A stretch of 64,000 nt of DNA from NCBI GenBank assembly GCA_937997485.1, contig CALKTH010000080.1:6528-70527 (forward strand), given 5' to 3'. This stretch comes from an uncultured Acidimicrobiales bacterium. Lineage in GTDB: Bacteria; Actinomycetota; Acidimicrobiia; Acidimicrobiales; SZUA-35. Within the stretch, counting starts at the first letter, position 1. Every line of letters starts with the position of its first letter. The translations under genes were made by a program, and so were the position numbers. Below are positions 1-9,016 of the stretch, one piece after another. The notes beneath the pieces were generated by a model that was not told the origin of the DNA, ran no database searches, and saw only the letters and a program-made list of their open reading frames with translations.

Positions 1-512
1 CGGTCATACGCATCGGTCTTTCCACTGGTGACCGCGATGACCATGCCGCCCTCGATCGCAGCTACCGCATCCATGGCCGCAATCTCGGCTTGGGCCTTCG
101 TCAACCCTGCATCAAGCGAGATGTGGGTCAACGCCTCCGCCCATGCCTCGAGGCAGGTACCTGCCGTCGCTCGATCGTCTTCCTCCGAAACACTCAAGGC
201 CACCATCAGACAGGAGCTGGTTCCGCCCTCGTAGTAGTCGTCGAGATGTCGGGCGACCTCTTGTGCTCGCTCGTAAGGCGGACCCTCGGCGAAGGCCGGG
301 GCAAGTGCCACCTCGTAGCGTGCCCGGGCCCGCTCCACGATGGCTTCCACCATTTCGTCCTTGCCCCCTGGAAATCGGTGATACAGACTGGCGCGCCCGA
401 GACCCGTCGCTTCGGACAAGAGATTGATGCTCGCGCCGGCGTAGCCGTATCGGCTGAACACGTCAGCAATGGCGTCGGCAAGGCTGTCATCATCGATGGT
501 GCGCGCAGGCAT
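1..512 (-). CDS. TetR/AcrR-family transcriptional regulator (3' end runs off the left window edge)
   Basis: Absent from the ORF track because it is open at the window edge. My own minus-strand translation from ATG (512-510) gives MPARTIDDDSLADAIADVFSRYGYAGASINLLSEATGLGRASLYHRFPGGKDEMVEAIVERA..., a typical TetR N-terminal HTH. The frame stays open to position 3. Divergent from an acyl-CoA dehydrogenase gene. Confidence 0.85.
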   Translation of the reverse strand, partial: MPARTIDDDSLADAIADVFSRYGYAGASINLLSEATGLGRASLYHRFPGGKDEMVEAIVERARARYEVALAPAFAEGPPYERAQEVARHLDDYYEGGTSSCLMVALSVSEEDDRATAGTCLEAWAEALTHISLDAGLTKAQAEIAAMDAVAAIEGGMVIAVTSGKTDAYD

Positions 513-524
513 GGGCCGGAATGT

Positions 525-538
525 ACCGAACGTTCGTT
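525..538. promoter_or_regulatory. Palindromic candidate TetR operator (core CGAACGTTCG, 527-536)
   Basis: Perfect 10-bp palindrome cgaacgttcg, extended to accgaacgttcgtt with one mismatch. It lies 13 bp from the TetR start, in the 104-bp divergent intergenic region. Confidence 0.45.
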
Positions 539-616
539 TTCGGGCCAACGCAGCGCCACCGGCGCCGGCGCCGATGGGAGTTGGCAACAGGAAGCGAAAA
601 CACCGATCATGTCCGC

Positions 617-1726
617 ATGTTGGACTTTCGCCTAGACGCCGAACTCGAGACCCTTCGCAAGCGGGCTCGCGCCGTTGCCGAGGACGGCGTTGCCCGGTTC
701 GGGCGTCACAACGACAGCTGGATCAATGGCTTCTCCAAGGAGTTTGCCCAGGTCATGGCCGAAGAGGGCTGGATTGGCATGGGCTGGCCCAAGGAGTTCG
801 GCGGGCAGGAGCGCCCGCCGATCGAACGGGTCATCGTCGCCGAAGAGATGATCGGCAAGGGCGCTCCCATCGCCGCAATGTGGTTCGCCGACCGCCAGAT
901 GGGACCAACCATCATCCAGTACGGCACGGCCGACCAGCAGGCCGAATACCTCCCCAAGATGCTCAGCGGTGAGAGCACCTGGTGCATCGGGATGAGTGAA
1001 CCGGATGCCGGTAGCGACCTGGCTTCGCTCAAGACCAGTGCCGTGAGAGACGGCGACACGTTCGTCATCAACGGCCAGAAGATCTGGACGAGCTTCGGCG
1101 CCGTCGCCGACTACTGCTACCTCATTTGTCGAACCGACTCCTCGGGCCCTCCCCATCGCGGCATCTCTGAGGTCGTGGTTCCGATGGACACCCCAGGCAT
1201 CGAAGTCCGACCTATCACCGACATGACCACAAACAAGCACTTCTGCGAGGTCTACTTCACGGATGTGCGGGTGCCGGTCGAGAATCTCGTCGGAGTCGAG
1301 GGTGCGGCGTTCAAACAGACGATGAAGCAGCTCGAACACGGGCGAGGTGGCATCGACCGGCTCGTCTCCAATCGAGCCTTGTACGACCTCGCCGTCGAAC
1401 GAGCAGACACAAGCGACCCGGTTGTTCGTCAAGACATTGCGAGGCTGGAGACGGGCTATCGACTCGGTCGCTTGCTCGTGTATCGCGAGGTGCTCCGCCA
1501 GGCACCGGCCGGATTCTCCGCCGCCACGAAATGCTTCTGCACCGAACACGAGATCGAGGTCGCGAACTTCGTAGCCAAGACGCTGGGGCCAGACGCCATG
1601 CTGTTCGATGAGGTGGGCAAGGGCCTGGCCTACGCCCCCGGCTACACGATCATGGGTGGCACGTCCGACGTGATGCGAAACATCCTCGGTGAGCGAGTCC
1701 TCGGCCTTCCTCGCGAACCACGCTAA
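617..1726 (+). CDS. Acyl-CoA dehydrogenase
   Basis: Part of ORF 521..1726. The ACAD-like sequence begins at MLDFRLDAELETLRKRARAV (ATG 617, GGAAG upstream). Motifs: WCIGMSEPDAGSDLASLKT and GGTSDVMRNILGERVLGLP. Confidence 0.9.
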   Translation: MLDFRLDAELETLRKRARAVAEDGVARFGRHNDSWINGFSKEFAQVMAEEGWIGMGWPKEFGGQERPPIERVIVAEEMIGKGAPIAAMWFADRQMGPTIIQYGTADQQAEYLPKMLSGESTWCIGMSEPDAGSDLASLKTSAVRDGDTFVINGQKIWTSFGAVADYCYLICRTDSSGPPHRGISEVVVPMDTPGIEVRPITDMTTNKHFCEVYFTDVRVPVENLVGVEGAAFKQTMKQLEHGRGGIDRLVSNRALYDLAVERADTSDPVVRQDIARLETGYRLGRLLVYREVLRQAPAGFSAATKCFCTEHEIEVANFVAKTLGPDAMLFDEVGKGLAYAPGYTIMGGTSDVMRNILGERVLGLPREPR

Positions 1727-1736
1727 ACCTGCGTCC

Positions 1737-2642
1737 ATGACCAGACCTCCGGCCAAGATCGTCGTGCTTGGATCGTTCAACATGGACATCACGGTCGTCG
1801 CTCCTACGTTGCCCAAGGCAGGGGAGACAGTGCTCGGCACCGACCGCATCCAAAGTCCTGGTGGCAAAGGATCGAACCAGGCCATCGCCGCGGCCCGACT
1901 GGGTGCACACGTCAACTTCATTGGTGCCGTCGGTGCAGATGGTTTCGGCCAGGAAGCTCGGCAGACGCAGGCCGATGAAGGCATCGACACCACGTATCTC
2001 GCCAAATCGACCCTGCCGACAGGCACCGCGCTGATCATCGTGGACGCGGCAGGAGAGAACCAGATCGCCGTGGCTCCCGGCGCAAACGGCACGGTGTCGG
2101 TGGCACAAGTCCAACGCGCTGAGCGCATCATCGCCGAGGCCGACGTTCTGCTGTGCCAATTGGAGACACCCGTTGCCTCTTTCATCGCTGCAGCTCAGAT
2201 CGCTCGTGACGCCGGGACGCTCGTGCTGCTCAACCCCGCACCGTTTGCCCCGCTGCCCGACGAGGTGTGGAGTCTCATCGATGTCATCACACCGAACGAA
2301 CACGAGCTCAGCCAACTCGAGCGCAGCCTCGCCGCCGACGCCAACAACCGCCAGGCCATGTTCGAGCAAGGACTGACGGCGATCGTGGTGACAAAGGGCG
2401 GTGCCGGCGTCACCGTCGTGACCGAAGCAGGCAACGTGGACATTGCCTCCGTGCCCGTCGAGGTTGTCGACACCACCGGAGCGGGCGACGCGTTCAATGC
2501 CGGCCTCGCAGTCGCCTTGGCCGAAGGCGCCTCGGTCGAGAACGCTGCGGCGTTCGCCGTCCGAGTCGGCGCCTGCGCCGTCCGGACCCTCGGCGTCTTT
2601 AACAGCCTGCCGACACGCGCTGAGGTCGAGGCGCTCGTCTAG
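1737..2642 (+). CDS. rbsK: Ribokinase (PfkB family)
   Basis: Part of ORF 1689..2642. Motifs GSFNMD, SPGGKGSNQAIAAARLG and DTTGAGDAFNAGLAVAL. ATG 1737 chosen to avoid overlap with the upstream gene. Confidence 0.88.
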   Translation: MTRPPAKIVVLGSFNMDITVVAPTLPKAGETVLGTDRIQSPGGKGSNQAIAAARLGAHVNFIGAVGADGFGQEARQTQADEGIDTTYLAKSTLPTGTALIIVDAAGENQIAVAPGANGTVSVAQVQRAERIIAEADVLLCQLETPVASFIAAAQIARDAGTLVLLNPAPFAPLPDEVWSLIDVITPNEHELSQLERSLAADANNRQAMFEQGLTAIVVTKGGAGVTVVTEAGNVDIASVPVEVVDTTGAGDAFNAGLAVALAEGASVENAAAFAVRVGACAVRTLGVFNSLPTRAEVEALV

Positions 2643-2654
2643 CGCGCTCAGCGC

Positions 2655-3686
2655 TCACGGGCCGCTTGGGCGCCCGTCGATCATCTGGTCCAGATACTCC
2701 GACATCCCCATGCCCACCTGCGTGCTGCCATCTTCGGCATGGTGCGTGTACTCGGTCATTCCCTCGGCGATGCGGGTGAAGAGCTCCTCACCTTCCGGGG
2801 TTGTCCGTCGATTGCGAAGCGGAATGAGGGAGAGCACGTTGCCGGTGATGGTGTACTCCTTGCCGGTCTCCGACTTCGCCCAACATCGCATACCGGTCTG
2901 GTGAAAACGGTCGTCGATGTCGGACTCGATCCGACAGTCCACGATCTTGTGATACTCGTCGCCCTCCAGCACCATCCCGCCCTTGCGCTCGCCGATGACG
3001 GAGAGCATGAGCGCGAACTGATCGCTGAACACCATGGGCAGCCAGCGGTACCAATTGATCGCTTGCCAGAAGCGCGGACCCCAGGACTTGTCTCGCAGGC
3101 CGAGTCCGTCGATCGCGAACTCTTCGTCGCCGATCCGCATCGAGCCAGCCACGCGCGTGTGCTGTTCGTAGTGGGCCTTGGCGAAGGACTGCTCAGCCTT
3201 CTGTTCGATCTCCGTGCCATCTTCGTACACGGGTCGGCCGCCATACATGGGCGACACCCCATGGAAGTCCAGCTCGACAACACAGGTCTCGTGCGGATTC
3301 TCCTTGAACGCCTTCCGTGGGTTCTCCATCTGTTCCGGCTCCGCGAGGACGACGACGTCACCTTGGTAGGTCACCCGGAGATGCTCGAACGGCTTCACCA
3401 CCTCGATGTGGAGTCCGCCGGCCCGCATCTCAGAATTGTCAGCAATGTGTGGCCGCCCGAACATGAACGCCACGCGTCCGCCCGGTAGATAGAGGCATAC
3501 CGACATTTCGGCGTAACCCTCGTGCACTCGGTTGCCAAGCCGGAACCAGCCACCGATCTGCTGCTCGAGATCGAAGGCATTCAGGTACATGCTCTCGTTG
3601 TAGTTGGAAGCAGCGTCGGGTTCGTGGGTGTACTCGTCCTCCGGCTCGAGGACCGTCACGATCGTGCGGCCCTCCGATGAGCTCAT
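2655..3686 (-). CDS. Conserved hypothetical protein, beta-rich (possibly AttH/CrtC-like fold; tentative)
   Basis: 343-aa ORF with normal composition and GC3 bias. ATGA overlap with the upstream gene at 3683-3686. I recognise no catalytic motif. Confidence 0.75.
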   Translation of the reverse strand: MSSSEGRTIVTVLEPEDEYTHEPDAASNYNESMYLNAFDLEQQIGGWFRLGNRVHEGYAEMSVCLYLPGGRVAFMFGRPHIADNSEMRAGGLHIEVVKPFEHLRVTYQGDVVVLAEPEQMENPRKAFKENPHETCVVELDFHGVSPMYGGRPVYEDGTEIEQKAEQSFAKAHYEQHTRVAGSMRIGDEEFAIDGLGLRDKSWGPRFWQAINWYRWLPMVFSDQFALMLSVIGERKGGMVLEGDEYHKIVDCRIESDIDDRFHQTGMRCWAKSETGKEYTITGNVLSLIPLRNRRTTPEGEELFTRIAEGMTEYTHHAEDGSTQVGMGMSEYLDQMIDGRPSGP

Positions 3687-4201
3687 GCTGCCTTCTTCTG
3701 CTTCGCGCCCTTCTTGCCCGACTTCTGCTTGGCCGCCAACTTCGCCGCCTTCTTGATGCGTCGATGCTGAGCGGCAAGCAGGCGAGTGGAATCACGTTCC
3801 TCTGCGATATAGCGACCCAACAACCCGCCGGTCACCGGGTCAATGGTCTTGTCCTGGAACATTCCGTCGAAGACATCAACCTTCTGTGGGCCCTTGCCGA
3901 AACCGAGTGCGGCGAACTTCTCCAGGTCGCTCAGCTTCTTCGACCCTGCCACCTTGACCGCCGAGGCGTTGCGTTTGGCCGCCATGTCCGCGCCTCGCAC
4001 CTCGTAGCCGAGTTCGAGCATCCGCTTGGCAAACGCCTTGCCGTGCTCGCCCTCTCGCATCCCGACGAAGCGCAGCGCAGCGGCCAACTCAGCATCCTTC
4101 GTTTGATCGGCCCAGGCATCGAAGATGGGTTCCGCTGCGGTTTCAGCAATCGCCAGGGCATTGAGCAGTCCGAGATACGACGGTTTCTGAGTTGCAGCCA
4201 T
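3683..4201 (-). CDS. Hypothetical helical protein with possible ferritin-like ExxH motif and Lys-rich C-terminal tail
   Basis: ORF 3683..4207 starts at TTG; ATG at 4201. Contains MREGEHGKAF (ExxH) and the tail RRIKKAAKLAAKQKSGKKGAKQKKAA. 4-bp overlap with the downstream gene. Confidence 0.7.
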   Translation of the reverse strand: MAATQKPSYLGLLNALAIAETAAEPIFDAWADQTKDAELAAALRFVGMREGEHGKAFAKRMLELGYEVRGADMAAKRNASAVKVAGSKKLSDLEKFAALGFGKGPQKVDVFDGMFQDKTIDPVTGGLLGRYIAEERDSTRLLAAQHRRIKKAAKLAAKQKSGKKGAKQKKAA

Positions 4202-4275
4202 CCGCAAACGCTATGCGACGACGCCAAGCCTGTCAGTTCCGGTCGAAGCATCAGCGAGTCGCTCGACACGGCTGG

Positions 4276-4305
4276 GACGGTCGTGACGGTCGTGACGGTT
4301 GACGG
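4276..4305. repeat. Direct-repeat array (G/T)GACGG x4 (spacing 9, 9, 7 bp) in a divergent promoter region
   Basis: Sequence gacggtcgt gacggtcgt gacggttga cgg, followed by the inverted repeat ttgac-ggga-gtcaa (4299-4312). It lies 26-55 bp upstream of the ATG at 4331. Confidence 0.5.
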
Positions 4306-4330
4306 GAGTCAACAGAAGTACGCTCCGCCG

Positions 4331-5902
4331 ATGGCTGACGACATCACCTTCTACGACGAGATTGAGGCGTACCCCGGCTTCCTGAGCTATGCGCCAGGTG
4401 ACATGGTCGACCTCCACGTGTCGTGTCGAAGCGATGCCTTTGATGTCCGAATCGAGCGATGGGGCGGCGATCGCCAGGTTGTTTGGGAAGCAGACAGCAT
4501 CCCCGGCCAGTTTCACCCCGCTCCGGACAACGCCGACAGCCAGGGTTGTCGTTGGCCAGCCACGCTCTCGCTGGCGGTGCCGGAGGAGTGGCGCTCAGGC
4601 TTCTACCTGGTGACGCTCACGGCTATCGGCGCTCCCGAGGGGCGCAACGTCGCTCACGCTGGCTTTGCCGTGCGATCCGCCACTCCGACAGCATCGACCT
4701 TGCTGGTTCTCAGTACGAATACCTGGAACGCGTACAACACGTGGGGCGGAGCGAGCCTCTACACCGGCGGCAAACAGGTCTCGTTCCGGCGCCCCTTCGG
4801 TCGAGGATTTCTCAGCCGCGTGCCAACCGAACGGGACGACCGCAAGGCACGGCCGACCCGTTGGGGTGAGGAAGCGGATCCCAGCGGCGCCATCTACCAG
4901 GGCTACCGCAACGTGCACGGATACGCCGGATTCGTCGGCTCGAGCGGCTGGTACACCTTCGAACGGCGCTTCGTCGAGTGGGCTGAGCGCGAGGGTCGAT
5001 CCTTCGATTTCGCTGTCTCCGCCGACCTCGAGGACGGGAACGTGGACCTTTCCGCCTACAAACTCGTCCTGTCAGTCGGCCATGACGAGTACTGGTCGGC
5101 CCCACAGCGGCGAGCGGTGGAGACGTACGTTGAAAGCGGCGGACATCTGGCCAGCTTCTCGGGGAACACGATGTTCTGGCAGGTTCGTTTGGAAGATGGC
5201 GACGGACGGCCGGGCAACGACGTCATGGTCTGTCACAAGTACTCCGCACACGAGACGGATCCCGTCATGTCAACCGCTCGAGAGCGAGAGATGTCCGGCA
5301 TGTGGGCCGATCCCGTCGTCGGCCAACCGGAAACAGCGCTGCTCGGCGGCGGCTCGGCGTGGGGCTTGTACCACCGGTTTGGACAGGCGACGCCTCGAGG
5401 CGCCGGTGGCTTCACCGTGTACCGCAACACGCATTGGCTCTTCGAGGGAACGGGCCTTCGCTACGGGGACGTCTTCGGTTCCGACTACGGCGTCGTCGGC
5501 TACGAAACGTTGGGCTGTCGATTGCAGTTCGACGAGTACCAGCTGCCGATCTCTGCGGGCGGTGACGGCACGCCGGAGGACATGGAGATCGTGGCTTTCA
5601 CACCCTCGTCCAACCTCGGCGTGGGCGAGTACCCGGCTTCGATCTCCGCTCTGTCCGACCAGGGGGATCTCGAGTTCGTGGCCAGCCGGCTGTTCGGCGA
5701 GGTCAACGAAGACTCGCTCGCTCGAGTCCGCCATGGCAACGCCATCATGGCTGTGGTCCGGCCGTTCGGTACCAGCGGCGGTGAGGTTGTGACGATCGGG
5801 ACGACGGATTGGACCTTCGGCCTCGACGTCGCCCACCGGGGCGCCGATCCCGACGTGGCGCAGATCACCGCCAACGTCCTCGATCGGTACGCCCCTGCGT
5901 GA
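4331..5902 (+). CDS. N,N-dimethylformamidase large-subunit-like protein (DUF6605-type)
   Basis: In-frame ATG 4331 inside ORF 3677..5902; the upstream 218 codons are antisense to the 3683-4201 gene. Recognisable stretch: LLVLSTNTWNAYNTWGGASLY, LVLSVGHDEYWS, FSGNTMFWQVR. Confidence 0.75.
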   Translation: MADDITFYDEIEAYPGFLSYAPGDMVDLHVSCRSDAFDVRIERWGGDRQVVWEADSIPGQFHPAPDNADSQGCRWPATLSLAVPEEWRSGFYLVTLTAIGAPEGRNVAHAGFAVRSATPTASTLLVLSTNTWNAYNTWGGASLYTGGKQVSFRRPFGRGFLSRVPTERDDRKARPTRWGEEADPSGAIYQGYRNVHGYAGFVGSSGWYTFERRFVEWAEREGRSFDFAVSADLEDGNVDLSAYKLVLSVGHDEYWSAPQRRAVETYVESGGHLASFSGNTMFWQVRLEDGDGRPGNDVMVCHKYSAHETDPVMSTAREREMSGMWADPVVGQPETALLGGGSAWGLYHRFGQATPRGAGGFTVYRNTHWLFEGTGLRYGDVFGSDYGVVGYETLGCRLQFDEYQLPISAGGDGTPEDMEIVAFTPSSNLGVGEYPASISALSDQGDLEFVASRLFGEVNEDSLARVRHGNAIMAVVRPFGTSGGEVVTIGTTDWTFGLDVAHRGADPDVAQITANVLDRYAPA

Positions 5903-5915
5903 GACACTGCCAGGC

Positions 5916-6467
5916 ATGAGTTCTGAGTTGTTGTTGGCCGCCAGGAAGATCCTCAACGACAAGGCCGTTCGTCGTTTCGAAGAGCCGATCCAACTGGCGT
6001 CAGGAAAGATGTCAACCACCTTCATCGATGGCAAGGCGGGCTTGGCCGAGGCTGGAGACCTTCGGATCGCCTGTCAGGCCATGGTGGAGCAAGTCACCGC
6101 TGCCGGCATCACCTTCGCAGCCGCCGGCGGACTGACCCTGGGCGCCGATCATCTTGCCGTGGGCGTGGCCATGGTCAGTGACCGGCAGTGGTTCATCGTT
6201 CGCAAGGAGCCAAAGAACCGGGGAACCGGACAACAGGTCGAGGGGGCCAGCATCGAAGGCGTCGATGTCTTCGTGGTGGAAGATGTTGTCAGCACCGGCG
6301 GCTCCCTCTTCAAGGCCATCGACATCATTCAGGCGGCAGGAGCCAACGTCGTTGCCGCCTCCACGCTCATCGATCGGGGTGAGTACGCCAGGGCAGAGAT
6401 GGAAACCCGTGGCGTTCCCTACTTCCCGCTGGCGACCTACGCCGACCTCGGTCTCGACTCCGTTTGA
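5916..6467 (+). CDS. pyrE: Orotate phosphoribosyltransferase (type I PRTase)
   Basis: 183 aa with PRPP-binding loop VFVVEDVVSTGGSLFKAI; the size is typical of actinobacterial PyrE. Confidence 0.8.
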   Translation: MSSELLLAARKILNDKAVRRFEEPIQLASGKMSTTFIDGKAGLAEAGDLRIACQAMVEQVTAAGITFAAAGGLTLGADHLAVGVAMVSDRQWFIVRKEPKNRGTGQQVEGASIEGVDVFVVEDVVSTGGSLFKAIDIIQAAGANVVAASTLIDRGEYARAEMETRGVPYFPLATYADLGLDSV

Positions 6468-7831
6468 TGGCGGATCTCCTCATTCACAACGCTCGGCTGG
6501 TTGCCACCGTCGACGCTGAGCGCCGAGAGCTCGCCGGCGGATGGGTTGCCATCACCGACGGTCTTGTCAGCGGCGTTGGTTCCTCCCTTGACCCGCCACC
6601 AACCGCCGAACGAGTCATTGATGCCACCGATTGCCTGGTCACGCCGGGGCTCGTCAACACGCACCACCACCTCTTCCAGAATCTGACCCGGGCGTACACG
6701 CCGATGACCAGCGCACCGTTGTTCGGTTGGCTGCAGACCCTCTACCCACTCTGGGTGGCGAATATCGACGAGGAGTCGCAGTACCTTGCGGCGTGGATTG
6801 GCCTGGCCGAGCTCGCCCTCTCCGGATGCACCACATCGACTGACCACCACTACCTGCATCCGTTGCGTGCGGGGGATCTCCTAGGAGCGGAGATCCGAGC
6901 TGCTCAGGACCTTGGGATGCGGTTCCATCCAACCTACGGATCCATGTCTCTGTCGGAGAAGGACGGAGGGCTTCCCCCTGACGCTGCCGTGCGGGACGAA
7001 GAAGACATCTTGGCCGAGTCCGAACGGCATGTAGCGCGCTGGCATGATCCGGCCCATGGATCCATGGTGCAGATCGCGCTCGCCCCATGCTCACCCTTCA
7101 CCGTGACACCGGATCTCATGCGCCAGTCAGCGGAGCTCGCTGAGCGGCTGGACGTCCGGCTGCACACTCATCTGGCAGAGAACGCAGAGGACGATGAGTT
7201 CGCCGTTGCCACGTTCGGTATGCGTCCCGTTGATCTCTACGAATCGGTCGGTTGGATGAGCGAACGAACGTGGGGGGCCCACGTTGTCCGGCCCGACCCA
7301 GATGAAGTGGTCCGCCTTGGCGCAGCCGGTGTCGGAATCGCTCATTGCCCGAGTTCGAACATGATCCTCTCGTCCGGCATCGCGCCTGTCGTCGATCTCC
7401 GGGCCGCAGGCTGTCATGTTGGCTTGGGGTGTGATGGTTCCTCATCGGCTGATAGTGCGTCGCTGTGGCAGGAGGCCCGCCTCTCCATGCTCCAGGGCAA
7501 GCTCATCTCCGGAGCGGGGGCGATGACCGCTCGGGACAGCCTGGAGATCGCGACACGAGGTGGTGCCGGCTGCTTGGGCCGGGTCGGTGAACTCGGTGAG
7601 CTCACCGTCGGAGCGGTCGGAGACGTCGCTGTCTGGAAGCTCGATGGTCCCGTCTTCGCCGGTGTCCTTGATGACCCCATCGAGGGATGGCTGCGATGCG
7701 GCCCCACCAGTGCGTGGCACACCATCGTTCGGGGCGAAGCCGTCGTTGCCAATGGAACGCTGCTGCACTCGTCTCTCGAGACCAACCTGCATGCGCATCG
7801 CCAGGCGGCACGCCGCTTTCAGCCGGTGTGA
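6467..7831 (+). CDS. Amidohydrolase, 8-oxoguanine/guanine deaminase-like
   Basis: ORF 6464..7831 starts at TTG; ATG 6467 overlaps the pyrE TGA by 1 nt. Metal motif GLVNTHHHLFQNLTR; also HLAEN and HCPSSN. Confidence 0.85.
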   Translation: MADLLIHNARLVATVDAERRELAGGWVAITDGLVSGVGSSLDPPPTAERVIDATDCLVTPGLVNTHHHLFQNLTRAYTPMTSAPLFGWLQTLYPLWVANIDEESQYLAAWIGLAELALSGCTTSTDHHYLHPLRAGDLLGAEIRAAQDLGMRFHPTYGSMSLSEKDGGLPPDAAVRDEEDILAESERHVARWHDPAHGSMVQIALAPCSPFTVTPDLMRQSAELAERLDVRLHTHLAENAEDDEFAVATFGMRPVDLYESVGWMSERTWGAHVVRPDPDEVVRLGAAGVGIAHCPSSNMILSSGIAPVVDLRAAGCHVGLGCDGSSSADSASLWQEARLSMLQGKLISGAGAMTARDSLEIATRGGAGCLGRVGELGELTVGAVGDVAVWKLDGPVFAGVLDDPIEGWLRCGPTSAWHTIVRGEAVVANGTLLHSSLETNLHAHRQAARRFQPV

Positions 7832-7939
7832 CACCGTTCACCCCTTTGTTTGCTGGGGTATCCGCGCCCTCGTGCGCGAAACCTGCTGTATTTGCGCCTT
7901 CACATCAACCAAGCAAGTTCATCGGGAGGAGTTGTCACC

Positions 7940-8233
7940 ATGGCAACCAAGGCAGAAATGATCTCGGCAGTCGCAGACCGCGCTGAGGCAGACAAGAAGA
8001 CGACCGAAGCAGTTCTGGGTGCGTTCTTCGATCACGCAGCCGAGCAGGTCAAGGCTGGAGAAAAGGTCGCATGGCCGGGCTTCGGCACGTTCTCCATGGG
8101 CGAGCGTGGCGCTCGCACCGGTCGCAACCCGCAGACCGGCGAGTCCATCAAGATCAAGAAGAGCCGCTCCATCAAACTCTCGACTTCCGCTCCGATGAAG
8201 GAGTGGTTGATCGGTGGCAAGAAGAAGCGCTGA
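7940..8233 (+). CDS. hup: HU-family nucleoid-associated DNA-binding protein
   Basis: ATG 7940 preceded by GGGAGGA. Sequence MATKAEMISAVADRAEADKKTTEAVLGAFFDH...GFGTFSMGERGARTGRNPQTGESIKI. Confidence 0.92.
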   Translation: MATKAEMISAVADRAEADKKTTEAVLGAFFDHAAEQVKAGEKVAWPGFGTFSMGERGARTGRNPQTGESIKIKKSRSIKLSTSAPMKEWLIGGKKKR

Positions 8234-8273
8234 GACTCTCGTCTCACTTCTACTCGTCTGAAGTAGTGATCGG

Positions 8274-8307
8274 ACCTCGGAGCTTCGGCTCCGAGGTTCG
8301 TTCGTTT
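8274..8307 (+). terminator. Intrinsic terminator after hup (10-bp stem, UUCG loop, T-rich tail)
   Basis: acctcggagc-ttcg-gctccgaggt (8274-8297) followed by tcgttcgtttt. It sits between convergent genes. Confidence 0.8.
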
Positions 8308-8321
8308 TCCGAGGCCGGTCG

Positions 8322-8996
8322 TCAGCTCTGGGCCCGCTCGCGGACGGCGTCCGGGCGAAGAAGTGTGATCTGCCGGCCATCGTTTTCCAGCCAGCCGAGC
8401 GTTCGCATCGCCCGCATCGATTTCACGATCGCCTCCCGCGAGAGTCCCGACCAGGAACCGAGCTCCGACTGATTCACCGGTGATGCGAACGAGAGAGAGC
8501 CTCCGGGTCCAGCCTGCCCGTGACGATCAGCAAGCTCGATCATGCGACGGCAGAGGCGAGCCAGCGAGTCACCAGTACCGAACTCCAACTGCCGTCGGTC
8601 GCTGTCTCGCAGACGTGTCGCCATCACCACGGCAAGGTCGCGCAGGACCGTCGGGTGGTCGAGGAGAAACTGTTCGAAGGTCGCCGTCGCAATGCAGAGC
8701 ACTTCGACATCCTCGATTGCGCGCACGGTGGCGGATCGCTCGCCTCCGTCCACCGCGGCCATCTCACCCAACATCGCTCCCGGCGGGAGGACATTCAGGA
8801 TGATCTCGCGACCGTCTTTGGCTGGCACCAAGGCCTTGACGTGGCCCTCGAGGAGCACCATCGCTTCGTGGGCTTCGTCTCCCACGACGAACAACGAGGC
8901 ACCTCCCGGGTAGCGCCGGCGGGTCCCGAGCGCCATCAACTCCGCTCGCTCGGGCTCACCGAGCCGGTCGAGGAAGGTGCCGGGCGTCGAGGACAT
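8322..8996 (-). CDS. Crp/Fnr-family transcriptional regulator (cNMP-binding domain + C-terminal HTH)
   Basis: In-frame ATG 8996 (residue 187 of ORF 8322..9554). Phosphate-binding cassette GAMLGEMAAVDGGERSATVRA. HTH: QSELGSWSGLSREAIVKSMRAMRTLGW. Confidence 0.88.
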   Translation of the reverse strand: MSSTPGTFLDRLGEPERAELMALGTRRRYPGGASLFVVGDEAHEAMVLLEGHVKALVPAKDGREIILNVLPPGAMLGEMAAVDGGERSATVRAIEDVEVLCIATATFEQFLLDHPTVLRDLAVVMATRLRDSDRRQLEFGTGDSLARLCRRMIELADRHGQAGPGGSLSFASPVNQSELGSWSGLSREAIVKSMRAMRTLGWLENDGRQITLLRPDAVRERAQS

Positions 8997-9016
8997 TCGT
9001 GCAGTATGGACCAGGT

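Noticed and set aside
632-2185. 517-aa minus-strand ORF spanning the acyl-CoA dehydrogenase and ribokinase genes
   Set aside because: It is antisense to two genes with clear family motifs. Its Arg/Gly/Ala/Pro-rich composition is typical of out-of-frame or antisense reading in GC-rich DNA, and it has no recognisable motif.
3677-4330. N-terminal 218 codons of the 741-aa ORF 3677..5902
   Set aside because: This part is antisense to the 3683-4201 gene and is low-complexity (LLLLRALLARLLLG...). The recognisable DMFase-like sequence begins at ATG 4331.
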